Part shown: piece after piece, positions 35,701-46,655 of the stretch
Layout of the letters: each line of letters begins with the position of its first letter
Position numbering within the stretch: position 1 is the first letter of the stretch
Assembly: GCA_051362555.1 (NCBI GenBank)
Contig: CM120649.1
Location: 3,472,001 to 3,536,000, forward strand
Length of the DNA: 64,000 bases
Direction of reading: 5' to 3'
From: Lingula anatina
Lineage: Eukaryota; Animalia; Brachiopoda
Position numbers and translations under genes: made by a program
The notes under the pieces: generated by a model
Seen by the model: the letters and a program-made list of their open reading frames with translations, nothing else
Told to the model about the DNA's origin: nothing
Database searches by the model: none

Positions 35701-37166
35701 TTTGTTCTTTCTATGCCCATTCAGTTAAGGGTTGGTGGCAATATATGGTAAATCTGTCATGCCTGTATGTAGAATTTCTCTGGCTCAAATTTCCACATTT
35801 ATTGGGTGCATTATGAGGTTGCCTGACTGATTAATGAGGTTACTTGTAGAAATATCTTGCTTACACATTTCTTGTGATTTTTTTACTGCTATATACAGAT
35901 GATTATTCACATCTAAACAGTGGTGTGTGAAAGGAACATGTACTTGGTATTTGCATTTTAGAACTGTAGAATGTGTACCAGCAGGGTTATATTTCATAGT
36001 ATATCTGCGAATGTTTCTAAAAATAAGCTTCATGTTTGATAATTAATTGGTTTGAAATAAATAACCCAAATAAAATCAATTCATTTTATATTTCACATAA
36101 TCTGTTTTTATTATTCTCCTAAGCATTTAATCATAACATCTCCCATCATTATACTGTTATTGTGCAATAACATTGAAAGTTTCCAAGTTTTTATTAACAG
36201 GTTGATGCTAACGTATCAACCTGTTATGTATTATAAGTGAATTTAAGCATATTTCCTTACTCAAATGTATCAAACATACCACTGTCATAATACCGGTAAA
36301 GATACAGGTAAAGATGACACCATTAATAACTGGGTTTACAGCGCTGTTAGTGCAGAATGGTTAGTGTCAGATTGTTATCTGATAAAGTTTGCTACTTGTA
36401 CCTGGGAGCAAAAGGTCTGGCACTTGACAATCAAGTTGATAAAATCACAAAACGCCTGTAGAAAATAGAGCATACCTGCCCAACATTGATTTGTTCAGAT
36501 TCTTGACTAAGGGGTGCGTTACTGGTGTCAAGGGCCAAGACTGGAACTTAGGGGTTTGGCATGTCACTGGACATTCCCCTCGATTTCTGCCCAAATCTAA
36601 TAAAGCCTCAGTTGCTTAGCTTTAACCAAATTTCCAATACCTACAGGTTGTGTTGTTTAATGCTTGGGGTCTCTTCTCTGGCGGCGGTTAATTGGGGACA
36701 CCTGTGTGGCCTGTCAACGCACCTACATTGTAGATTCACTTTTGCCGGTGCCACATTTTCCATTGCCGTAAATATCAAATTCGTGAATAGAATGAGGAAA
36801 AAATGACAATTATGAAAAAATGTTTTTTGGAAGTACCTGTCACCTTCGCCACAGTAACCATATGGGCTGTGTTGCCCCCCCCGCCACAGGCGACACCTTG
36901 CGGAGCAAGCGTGCGTAATCCAGGGTGCAACTGAAAATAACCTTGTCGCGCGACCTTATTAGGTTATAGCGTATACATATTTTATATTTCTAGGCTCAAC
37001 AGCCGACCCGCCCTATGGCAAACTTCGCACTGGGTATGAAAGTATGAAGCAAGAGGTAGAAAGACATAAGATGGAGCTCCAAAAAAAAAGTCAGCGACTT
37101 GAAGATTCAAGTGCATTAATCAGGCAACTGCGGGCAAAATTGGAGGCCACATCACTTTCTGATTAA
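16592..37166 (+). CDS. Gene B: ankyrin-array - death-fold-like - linker - TIR - coiled-coil protein (putative intracellular immune receptor/adaptor)
   Basis: Exons 16592-16741, 17905-18009, 18344-18442, 19143-19241, 20428-20526, 21108-21206, 21733-21831, 28442-28531 (duplicate 32164-32253), 32794-33007, 33368-33521, 33749-34152 and 36994-37166; splice phases are compatible and the joined frame is open. Confidence 0.85.
16870..16905 (+). pseudogene. 3' remnant of an ankyrin exon (VQHGTDPYSENE); possible 36-bp in-frame mini-exon
   Basis: ag|gta...gaa|gtaagt, followed by the conserved intron unit. Confidence 0.6.
17503..17554 (+). pseudogene. Truncated ankyrin pseudo-exon (DCQTPLHYAASGGHSDV)
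   Basis: Acceptor intact; 3' half and donor missing. Confidence 0.82.
17905..18009 (+). CDS. Gene B ankyrin exon (105 bp, shifted acceptor): VPVDRTPLHYAATGGHCDIAALLIQHGADPCRVTW
   Basis: No AG at the usual position; an in-frame AG lies 6 nt upstream; donor gtaggt. Confidence 0.72.
18344..18442 (+). CDS. Gene B ankyrin exon: DGQTPLHFAATAGHCDIAAFLIQHGADPCRVTW
   Basis: tag|gat...tgg|gtaggt; 99 bp. Confidence 0.9.
19143..19241 (+). CDS. Gene B ankyrin exon: DGQTPLHFAATAGHCDIAALLIQHGADPSGANK
   Basis: tag|gat...aag|gtatgt; 99 bp. Confidence 0.92.
19339..19622. mobile_element. Small MITE inserted in an ankyrin-unit intron
   Basis: Inverted ends tacgaaaatgcagtag / ctactgcgttttcgtg; absent from the sibling introns. 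Confidence 0.7.
20428..20526 (+). CDS. Gene B ankyrin exon: GGQTPLHSAAFGGHSDVAALLIQHGADPSRYSV
   Basis: cag|ggg...gtg|gtaggt; 99 bp. Confidence 0.92.
21108..21206 (+). CDS. Gene B ankyrin exon: DARSPLFDAAMGGHCDVVTLLIQHGADPCSMNW
   Basis: cag|gat...tgg|gtaggt; 99 bp. Confidence 0.88.
21733..21831 (+). CDS. Gene B ankyrin exon: MRVTPLHDAAMGGHRDVAALLIQHGADPCSEDW
   Basis: cag|atg...tgg|gtaggt; 99 bp. Confidence 0.9.
22640..23453 (+). pseudogene. LINE ORF1 (coiled coil + RRM-like + CTD), frameshifted near 22985
   Basis: Coiled coil, then EQYSRKNNIKIYG...AVHRIP...PRPIILR...LADDVT in a second frame. Confidence 0.88.
23772..27534 (+). pseudogene. LINE ORF2 (APE endonuclease, reverse transcriptase, C-terminal CCHC) with frameshifts near 24095, 26170 and 26570
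   Basis: SLNVRGL, LQET, GGDFN, RLDY, TDH, WRPISLL, LDFKKAFD, GVRQGCPLS, QYADD, CTNC...H...C. Confidence 0.95.
28442..28531 (+). CDS. Gene B C-cap ankyrin-like exon: FGLKPSDLAQEAGYDVLCLLLRKFESDQIR
   Basis: tag|ttc...cgg|gtaggc; homologous to 2776-2865. Confidence 0.82.
28964..32685 (+). repeat. Tandem duplicate of 25241-28963 (3' half of the LINE, MITE end, C-cap exon)
   Basis: Identical ORF translations at an offset of 3723/3722; ATTC microhomology at the junction. Confidence 0.95.
32164..32253 (+). CDS. Duplicate of the gene B C-cap exon
   Basis: Identical to 28442-28531, with splice sites intact. Confidence 0.7.
32794..33007 (+). CDS. Gene B death-fold-like exon
   Basis: cag|aaa...g|gtgagt; KMQRLKKW...TIQGIKAGLTAQGREKLC. 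Confidence 0.8.
33368..33521 (+). CDS. Gene B linker exon (VIAAERYANVAKVITDMSWKRYESLREDLSTAQFMFQELPIPALEAQSQEI)
   Basis: cag|tt...ag|gtatgc; phase 1 to 2, which bridges the death-fold and TIR exons. Confidence 0.82.
33749..34152 (+). CDS. Gene B TIR domain exon
   Basis: YDAFLIHSGED (box 1), CYAPRDFLPG (BB loop), VSENFMKSTWCQHE, VIPVLL. Confidence 0.95.
36994..37166 (+). CDS. Gene B terminal coiled-coil exon (STADPPYGKLRTGYESMKQEVERHKMELQKKSQRLEDSSALIRQLRAKLEATSLSD*)
   Basis: tag|gc, phase 1; homologous to 7214-7407. Confidence 0.82.
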
Positions 37167-39161
37167 CTCTAACATAGAATATGTATCTTGCTATTGCTTG
37201 CTGGAAGAAATTTGAATTTTGAAGAATATTGTAATTCTGATGAGGCGTGTTTTAAATTTGTGTTTCTAATGAACAATGTACACTGTAAGCACCACGCCCA
37301 TTTTGGGATAATATTTTTGTCATTATGGCTCTTTCACATTTGGCGTAAAGCCCTACCTATGAGTATCGTATGGGACATAGATTATACGCACATCTTGGAA
37401 CGTCTGTTTCCGCTGTATTAATATGACGATACAGGCTGCATGATGAAATTGCATGTTATTGAACATGCACAAAACAGTTTGTTTTTCTACGGGTATGTGA
37501 ATGTACGCCAACGATTGCCGGCATATGCGACCTAAGTGTTACGAACCTATTGCGCTTGTCTGAGTATGCGTATTTTTCTTCTCCGTTAGTGCTATGCACT
37601 ATGTGTGACAGTGCCTGTACTTTTTATTCTAAGTAAGCAAGGTGGTTGTCTCTCCGATTTTTTTAATCTAGACTGTTGTTATAGTGTTATAGGATGTCAC
37701 AAGTGTGTTTTGATTCATTACACTCATAAAAATTGTTAGATGTGGAAGACAAATACATATTTAGGAAGATGTTGACGATTGACAAGAAAATCCAAAAGAG
37801 ATTTCAAAGAATGAAACTGCACCAACTGGACTAACATATCCTCAGATATACGGCGAAGAAAGAGACAATCATATTACCTATATATATGCAGATGAAGATT
37901 GAATGGTAATTTTAAAAAAAATATTATACTGTATCAGTTTAAGAATCAGTCTATCTGTACGGTGGATGTAGCACAAATTTGTTTTTTTTTTTTTTTTTTC
38001 AAATGCTGTGTCCTTTTAGGACATTTAAAGGCATTTCATTATATAGATAAGTTTCATATAATACGTTTTTTTCTGTTTTAGTTGAAACCTACTTACACAT
38101 GTTTTAATTGAAACCTACTTACACATGTACCTATACGCAATTCACTTTATTTATTTGAACATATTTATTTAATGTCTGCAGATGTGCCATATCTTCGATG
38201 TCTTCGATATGACATCAATAATATTCCTATGTTTTATATTATATCGGATGTCTCTTGTTCTGATTAATCATAAAAACGAACCTACATGTAGCAAGAAGGT
38301 ACTCACAGTTGATAGTTTGGTGGAAAACGTATATAATTCAATCCTTGATATGTTTCACGATCTCACGCCCTCCAGCTCGGCCTTCCCCCCCCCCCCCCCC
38401 CCTTTTGCACACGTAATGTTATCTTTTTCTAAGCGTCGTGAATGGGTACATGAAAGGCAGCAATATTAGTAAACCTTGACGACCTTTGACCAGATCTGGA
38501 CATGGAAATACTGCTACGTTTCGCTCTTGACGGATGGCGAAAGACGAAACAAGTCAGTTTGTTTATTTTTTAAATCTTGTTTCTCCCCTTTTTTGTTTCT
38601 CCAATTTTTGATTGTACATTTGGAAAAATAAAATTGCGTTGCAAATGTTGTGGCTTTTGGTGTTTATTGGGATTTTTACTATCTTTAGTCCAAAATCTCT
38701 ACAGTGTACAAATATCGTACAGGTACCGTCAGAACCTAGTTCCGCCTGGGCGCTGTAACAGTAAAAAAAGTTCGGTGTATACGCAATTGGCTCTAGACCA
38801 ATATTGTGGCTATTGGTATTTATACGCGCTGGTAACCACCAAAATTCCAGAACCTCTACGGTCTATAAATATCGAATACGTCCCAGATACCGCCAGTGCC
38901 GAGTAGAGCCGGGAGACTGTTACAGTAACGTTAGGTGTACTGGGTATACACAATTGTCTCTGGACCAAAGAAAAAGCGGCCAAGCCAAATAGTCGCTGTG
39001 CGCAGGAATAGTTCCCAAATAGAGACGCGATGTAATTTTGCAGAATACCGTTGACATGAATTCTCTTGACAGGAATTGTTTTCAGCTATAAACGTCATTT
39101 TATTTACCTTAGTGCCATTTACTTGGCCGTTTTTCATAAAACAGTAGAACTGACCACCCTT

Positions 39162-39579
39162 ATAAAAATTACCCTTGTGATCTTCCCGTAGGATAACCAT
39201 GTATCCGTCAGTGTTCAATGCACGAATTGGTGATTTGTAGTTATTTGTCGCTTGTTTGTATCTTTTATTAAGCAACATGTTTTTAAAGCAAAGAGAAACT
39301 GTACTAGTCGCACGTTATTCATGAGAAAGGAAAATGATTTCGAGAAAATTATCAGTTTTCTTTTACATCATAAAAATTACCCTTGTGATCTTCCCGTAGG
39401 ATAACCATGTATCCGTCAGTGTTCAATGCACGAATTGGTGATTTGTAGTTATTTGTCGCTTGTTTGTATCTTTTATTAAGCAACATGTTTTTTAAAGCAA
39501 AGAGAAACTGTACTAGTCGCACGTTATTCATGAGAAAGGAAAATGATTTCGAGAAAATTATCAGTTTTCTTTTACATCA
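39162..39579. repeat. Near-perfect ~208-bp tandem duplication
   Basis: ataaaaattacccttgtgatc...tttacatc begins at 39162 and again at 39370. Confidence 0.92.
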
Positions 39580-40140
39580 TTAGCAAATGACCGGCGTTTT
39601 CATTGATCTGATAAATCAGTTTTTTTAAACAGGTATTCGTTCATAAGTAGCATATAGATCTACTTTGACAATATCCGTGAAGGATTTCTTCTTCTTCCTA
39701 TTTTGACGAACGACACATCTTATTTTAGACCCAAATCTTAGACAAATAATTTTTTAATGAATAGCTGTTTGTAGCGATTGATATTGCGATGATTTCTTAA
39801 ACTATGCAATATATCAATGTCTGTTTCTTCAAAAGGAATGAAAGTATATACACACACACACAAATTAATTTAAAAAAATAAATAAAAACACCATACCCCC
39901 CTCTGCACCTCCCGAGGCTAAATACCTGTCTAAACACCGTAAACGAGTACCGGCAGGTTATAAAAATATCGTAAACAGTGATAACATCGTCTGCCTTTGG
40001 GTATGAACAAGTTGTAACAAGAGAAGCCTTGTACTTTCGCCTGGAAACATGACAGAAGACGCCACTGGTCCTTTTAATGGGTTATAGTTTGACAAAGGGT
40101 CAGATCTGTTGACATGCCTCTACTTTCTCACAATACACTC

Positions 40141-40185
<45 letters not shown>

Positions 40186-40840
40186 AAAGCTAGAACAGCG
40201 CAAATTTATTCATACGTAAGGGGAAATGATTTCAAGCAAGTTATCCGTTTTCTTTGGCATCTTTAGCAAATGATCATTACGTTTATCAATCTGCTAATAA
40301 AGAACTTAAAAAAGATTCCCCTCCATGAGAAGCAGAACTACTTTGACAAGGTCCGTGAAAGAGTTCATTTTTCTTCCTTTGGCGAACGACGCCCCTCATT
40401 TTCAGACCCAAGTAAAGAAATTAGGAATAACTGATTGAAACGACCGATATTGCGATTATATTTTAAAAATTAGAGTATAGTATATGTTTTTTTCTAAAAA
40501 AAAAACGCAAGTAAATCTTTTTAATCAAACGCCCCCCACCCCCACCCCACCCCCCAACTGTGTTATGCACAGCCAGGTTATTAATATGTCGTAAACAGTG
40601 ATAACATCGTCCGCCCTAGGGTATGAACAAGTTATAACAGGAGAATCCGCTGTGTTTTCACCTTGAAGTATAACAAAAGACGCCACTGGTTCTTTTAATA
40701 GATTATAGTTTAACAAAGGGTCAGATCTGTAGACTTGTCTCGTCTCCCTCAGTCTGTTGTGATGATGTAGACATGTGAAGTGTTTTACCTGAAGCACACC
40801 AATAAATAACTGAAGGAATGGAATTGGCAAAAGAATAAAT
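39450..40840. repeat. Diverged ~600-bp tandem units, paralogous to 8620-9740
   Basis: Shared motifs ggaaatgatttcgag, ctttgacaaggtccgtgaa, gtcgtaaacagtgataacat, gacgccactggt, acaaagggtcagatctg, ggaatggaattggcaaa. Confidence 0.85.
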
Positions 40841-41512
40841 ACGGCGGCTTAGCATAAGCAAAATAAACTACGACGTAAATCGATGAAAGTTTAAAAAGAA
40901 ATAGCCAGCGTACATGTATACAGAGTGAAATAGAGAGACATTGAATTCAAGAGGGTAGACATCCGAAAGAGAGAGTGAATATTTTTGAAGATCAGAAGGC
41001 ACTGACTAAGTTGGAACTATAAGCACATATTTCCTTCTCAAATAATATATTTCTTTATCAACATTTCGGAGGAACTTTTATTACGACTTGTCGGGGACCA
41101 TTAAAGCAGAAAAACCAACACCGACAAAACATGACCACCTGCATTGGCGTAGGACAGCATATAAATGTACATGATCTCCATACGTATACACGCACCTGCA
41201 ATGAAAACTAACAAGTATTTTCGAGTAATTTTGTCTTCAATGCAGCCCATGGTATAGGCTTAACTTTTTATGCTGTTACGAACATGTACTCTTGAACTGT
41301 TGGGAATTTTACTTGGACTCATGGTCATATGCCAATTTCTAATTAGTCTTTCATTTCTATTCATAGTGCAGTTCAATTTCTCATTTTAACCATGTTGCGA
41401 ACATTGCTTAAGGCAATCTTAATTTGTACCCAAGACAATTAACATTCTGATAACGCTGTGCTCGGCCAGTTTCAGACCGTGGACAGAATAGCAAAGTGGA
41501 CGCAACGACTGG

Positions 41513-41519
41513 TATAAAT
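41513..41519 (+). promoter_or_regulatory. TATA box of Ly6-like gene C
   Basis: TATAAAT ~50 nt before the ATG; paralogue D has TATAAAA at an equivalent position. Confidence 0.6.
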
Positions 41520-41564
41520 TCCCGGCAATAAAATCTACCCCCATTCACGGTCAGTTCATCAACC

Positions 41565-41855
41565 ATGATGCTACGTGTTCTCATCGGCGTGTGCCTTGTT
41601 GCTCTGGCAGTATGTTTGGTACCAGATGTGTATAGAAGAAAACCGGCTCTCACATGTTATTCCTGTAACTACAAGAATACTGCATATGGCAACGGTAAGT
41701 GTTTAATCAGCCACTTTTGTACTCCGATTCTTTTTGCAGTTTGTTAATCACTGGTAGGTACTTGTATGCAGATGATTAGATAGATCGTGTCGGTAATTAA
41801 GTGTCAATGGCGTTTTCATGAAGACCTAAATCGTTTATAAATGCATGGCGGTTTC

Positions 41856-41905
<50 letters not shown>

Positions 41906-42567
41906 ATGTTTCAATTCTTAAAGTATATAACCGTGCGTTGATGCGTTTTCTTTCTCTCATTTAATCGAAATATTTCTAAAATAATGCACAATTCCAAGAT
42001 AAAATCGCAGGTGCGATTCCGTTCACTTTCGTAACTTGAAAATTGTTAACTTGTCAATATTGCAAGCCAGCAAAATTAAAGTTTTTTCCCCTTTTTTTTC
42101 ACAGTGAACTTTAAAACAATAATTTTATCTCTAATTTCCGAAACATTTCATCATTTTAAGCAAGAGTGTCTAAATTCCGTGCACCATGCTTCCGGTTCGC
42201 TGTCAGACACCTGGGTTGCAAAGAAAGTCGCCTTTATATATGATTTTTTTGTTAATTCGATTGTACATGACAAGTCACAAGTCACCATAAGAAATTTTAT
42301 CTTTCATGGCTGATTATAACTATTCTTTCTCCGACTTAATCAAATCGTTTGCCTTCATCTTCAAGAAAATCATGTCTAATTTTGTGTAATTTTAGTGGCA
42401 TGAACCTTATAGAATAATTATGTTGATGTGGAATTTTTCTTCTTAAAGAGATACATACGTGTGTGTCTTGTTTATGAGCCGGAGAAAACAGTAACACGGT
42501 CAGAGAAACGGCAGTTTAAATTTCCACTCCACACTGGATCGGCTTGTCTTTGATATGGTTACATTCG

Positions 42568-42609
<42 letters not shown>

Positions 42610-43290
42610 ACGCTCGCGCGCGCCCACATAAGTGTTTTTGTTAAGCTTCATGAAATTATTTTCAATTTATCTCTGAAATTGTATACACAGGTAAATATAG
42701 CACCACCTTCAGGGCGTGTGAGGATCCGGCTAGATTTGGTTATCTGCTGGCAAAGGTGGAGTGCCACACGGCCTGCTTTGCAAGACACGACAAAAACGGA
42801 TGTGAGTATTCAAACTTTATCTTAGAATACAATTATAATAATTATTATAATAATTATAATAATAATAATAAAGAATACCGACCCAACAGCCCAATTTTTG
42901 AAGGTGGTTAAAGTGGACAAAAGTCAATCCCCCGACGGTCGTAAGGCCGATGTAGCTTGAATAGCTGCAAAATTAGAACGAATCGTTTGGAATCTACATA
43001 TTCTATTTAGTAGAAATCATATAAGGTCTACTTGAAGTCACTCTCTCTCTCTCTCTATTCTAGTCATCTACCGAGGCTGTTTTGGCGGGAATCACGGAGT
43101 TGATGCCAGCCTTGATGGCTGCGGTAACCAGGCCGGTGCTAACTGGTGTTTTTGCCGCAGTCGTTTGTGCAACGACGAGATCCCACACCCTACCTGTCCC
43201 TTGGCGGGAATAGGTAGACGTCATAAGCGTTGTATGACGAAGCCACCTGTTTGCAGTGGTGTTCTATGTTTGCTTGCCCTTGCAAAGTGA
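41565..43290 (+). CDS. Gene C: secreted Ly6/uPAR (three-finger, quiver-like) protein, 3 exons
   Basis: Exons 41565-41694, 42691-42801 and 43064-43290 (phase 1); signal peptide, LTCYSC...RGC...CFC....CN 10-Cys pattern, tail TCPLAGIGRRHKRCMTKPPVCSGVLCLLALAK. Confidence 0.88.
41858..41904. repeat. (ATT)n microsatellite
   Basis: Directly visible. Confidence 0.95.
42570..42608. repeat. (GT)n microsatellite
   Basis: Directly visible. Confidence 0.95.
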
Positions 43291-43537
43291 TTGCCCTCAC
43301 CCTGCGTCGCGACTTTTCTCGTTCTTCGGCTTGCAGAATGTTCCACGTAAATTTGGTTTTAATCCCAATTGTCGATGACTGAATTTTGATTGTTACGATT
43401 TGAATTTTGGTGCAAACAAAAGTAAAGAAACAAAATGCAAGATTCTGTGTTGCCTTTTTTATCTGTGAACTCTTCTTCAGTAAATATTTGGGGTGTTTAT
43501 TTCATCAAAGACATGTACTAACATTGCAAATACAGAG

Positions 43538-43577
<40 letters not shown>

Positions 43578-45429
43578 TTGAAAATCGGCCTTGATCAAAT
43601 TGTCTCCGTGTTATCTCGATCACACTCAAAGTTGCGATATTGTCAAGATGGTAGAATCACTATCTAACACCAATTTTTAAAGCAATGAAATTAACAGTTA
43701 ACGCTTGGCCATCCTTTTCGCATAAACAAGCAGGTTTATAAATTAAACGACTAATGTGTTTATTTATTTATTTGTTTTTTTTTTTACCAATATTAAAATT
43801 AGCCTTTCACAAAAAAGAAACGGGAACAAGATTTTCTGCAACATGTTCGTAGGCCTTTCTAACGTATCAAACCCCCTTATACTTCTTAACTTAAAAATTA
43901 AAAACTTTAAAATTTATTGAATGGATCACCAGATTGAACATTGTCTAGCAATAGCACCCGCTTAAGGTTAGAAAGCACAGTGTTTTGATGAATTATATAT
44001 ATATTCCTTCAAAGATTTTGCATTTTCTTCAGTGCAATGTAAATTTTTACCATGCAAAATTATTCTTATAGTTGTAGACTCGATCACTTGAGTGTGGCCT
44101 GTCTCGGTGTTACCTGAGCACCTTTGGGGAAATTCCTCAGTAAGAACGTTGATCGACTCAATCCATCAAATAATCAAGAATTCATCTTAATGATCAATTA
44201 AAAAATTAAGATAATGACCTGCTGATCTGTTATTGACAAATTGATTGTAGCAATGCCTCTTTACAATCCTTTTTATCCGCCTTATTACGATGATTTGGAA
44301 AATAAATCATTTAAAATGTTGTTATTTTTTCAATCAAAACAATACTAAATCAAAATTGTTTGACGATATATCTTTCCTTGGAAAAACAAAGCATACAAAT
44401 ACAATAAATTATTCTTTTAATCTAAAAAAAAGGACTTACATTATTCGCATTAGCCATGTTGGGATACCTTATCGGAAACAAGTGCCGTCGCGCTATATTA
44501 CACTAGGTCAAATGAAGAATGCAGCTGGAACTTATCTCAACCTTCTTGCACTGATCGTCTGCGCTGACGATTTTCTAATCACCCTGTCCCCTGTACTGGC
44601 GCTTTAAAGAGTAACCTCCCCCACCACCCACCCCACCACCATCCTCCCCCCCCCCCCCCCTTTATCCTCTCATGTAGCCGCACCTTCACATCCTTTCTAA
44701 GACATTCAGTTTCTAGGATAATGCCCCCCCCCTCTCCCAAAAAAAAAAGTGACGGTCACTCAATGCAGATGTATCTCTATAGTTAACTGCTCGATATAAA
44801 AAATAATCTTAGTAAGGCTACTCCGTGTGATCCTCGGTGGAGCATCTGAAATCATCGCAGTGGGATGGCAAAGTCGTCAGCTTCCCTGAAAAGTTCAGTA
44901 GAAGGTCCATTCTTTATTTTAACCACGACTCGGTAGGTTATGTAGACAATATGATATGAATACAATGATGCCTTTTTGTTTTATTTCTTTTTTAATCTGA
45001 TATACTGATATACATATACATTAGTTTGGTGAGTAATGAATTTTACGTTTTTCGTGAAGGTTATCGCTTATCTGTTTCCTTGTTATGACACTAGATTTTG
45101 ATTTATTTTTGTGTTCTGGCATTTGTGAGGACATTTCTTAATCTTCGTCTGGTGATCTTCAATGACGCCATTATTCTACTTGGCGACCGTTTCCGTTAAA
45201 TCTTTTATAACATGCCACTTTTTATGGAGGATTGTATGACAGTGTGTCTTTTCTTGGAAAGGGAAAACGCATTAATATAATAAATAGTTTTTCAGCTATA
45301 CGTAGCTATTTTACATTGAAACCTGAAAGACATAATTCTGATAAATGATTTTTACGTATTTCATTTATCTTTTACCTCCTCATGACATTAAGAATTGATT
45401 ATTATGGCAGTCTGGCGTTTGTGGCGACG

Positions 45430-45462
<33 letters not shown>

Positions 45463-45912
45463 ATGATCTTCAATGTCACTATTACTCTACTTCTTTGACC
45501 GCGCCAGATTTATCGTCTTTAGAAACCCCACTATTTGCAAGTTCCGTTTGACAAATAAGAAATTACGGAGTATATGTCACTGAAGCTGGCATTGAGCATT
45601 TGTCGCACGCGCATTTTATTTCTGGTGACTGAAAATGTAACATTTCCGATGACTTCCACCTGTAAATCACTTGCTACGGAAGAATTACGGATGGTTATGA
45701 TCCTACTGTAAAGACGAGGAGATGGAGATGGAGAACAGATAAAGAGTCATTTGGAGATGTGGTTTTTAATTAATTATCTTTTTAATAATTTTACTGCCAC
45801 GCGTAAAAAATAACTAGTTCCTATGTCTTTTTTCGAGAGTGACGCAGAGATTACAGTGTAGTTACTTAGATCTCAAAAACACAAAACAAACGCAAACGCT
45901 CACTCAGCCATT

Positions 45913-45963
<51 letters not shown>

Positions 45964-46611
45964 TTATCAAAATGTTTATTTATTTAATCTTATAAAATGA
46001 TTTATTTATTCATTTATTTAAAAGGTTGAGTTATGCACCCCACCTTGTATTAGCCTTTATAAAGTAAAAACAAAATATCCTACGTCGGAAAACTTGAGAC
46101 ACCTTTTTCTATAAATGGTGTACGCCTTACGTTTGTCTTTTAGCTTACCAAATATTTCAAGGACCCTGCTGAAGTGCTGTACAAATGAGACACGAAAAAT
46201 AAATTTCCCCTTGCCACCACCGCTAATCCTTCTAAACCTACATGTATATTAATAAATCTGTCCGTCCTGGAAAAGATTGACTTGAGGTAAGGTAAAAAAA
46301 AAAGAAGGAGAAAAAACAAAAAACACAGTAATGAGTACAGTTATTTCCGCTTCCATTTTTGAAAAATGGCCTCGTCGAGAAGCGTAGACGATATTTTAGG
46401 ACTCGAAATTTCTGTCTGTCCCTTTCCCTCTCAAAATTCTCTCGTAGAATACCATTCAGGTCAACTTTTCACTCCCTGGCAGCCCTGACATGGGGTCACC
46501 AAACAAAATGAACAGGGAAATATAAAAATCTAACAACAAGCCCATTTTCTCCTCTCCAATTTATTCAAAACGCACGTGTTGGAATTTGCCGACGACAAGT
46601 AGGCCCACATG

Positions 46612-46618
46612 TATAAAA
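46612..46618 (+). promoter_or_regulatory. TATA box of Ly6-like gene D
   Basis: TATAAAA ~40 nt before the ATG at 46656. Confidence 0.6.
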
Positions 46619-46655
46619 CGCACGCGGAGAAGGTTGCAAATCATACGCCTTCAAA

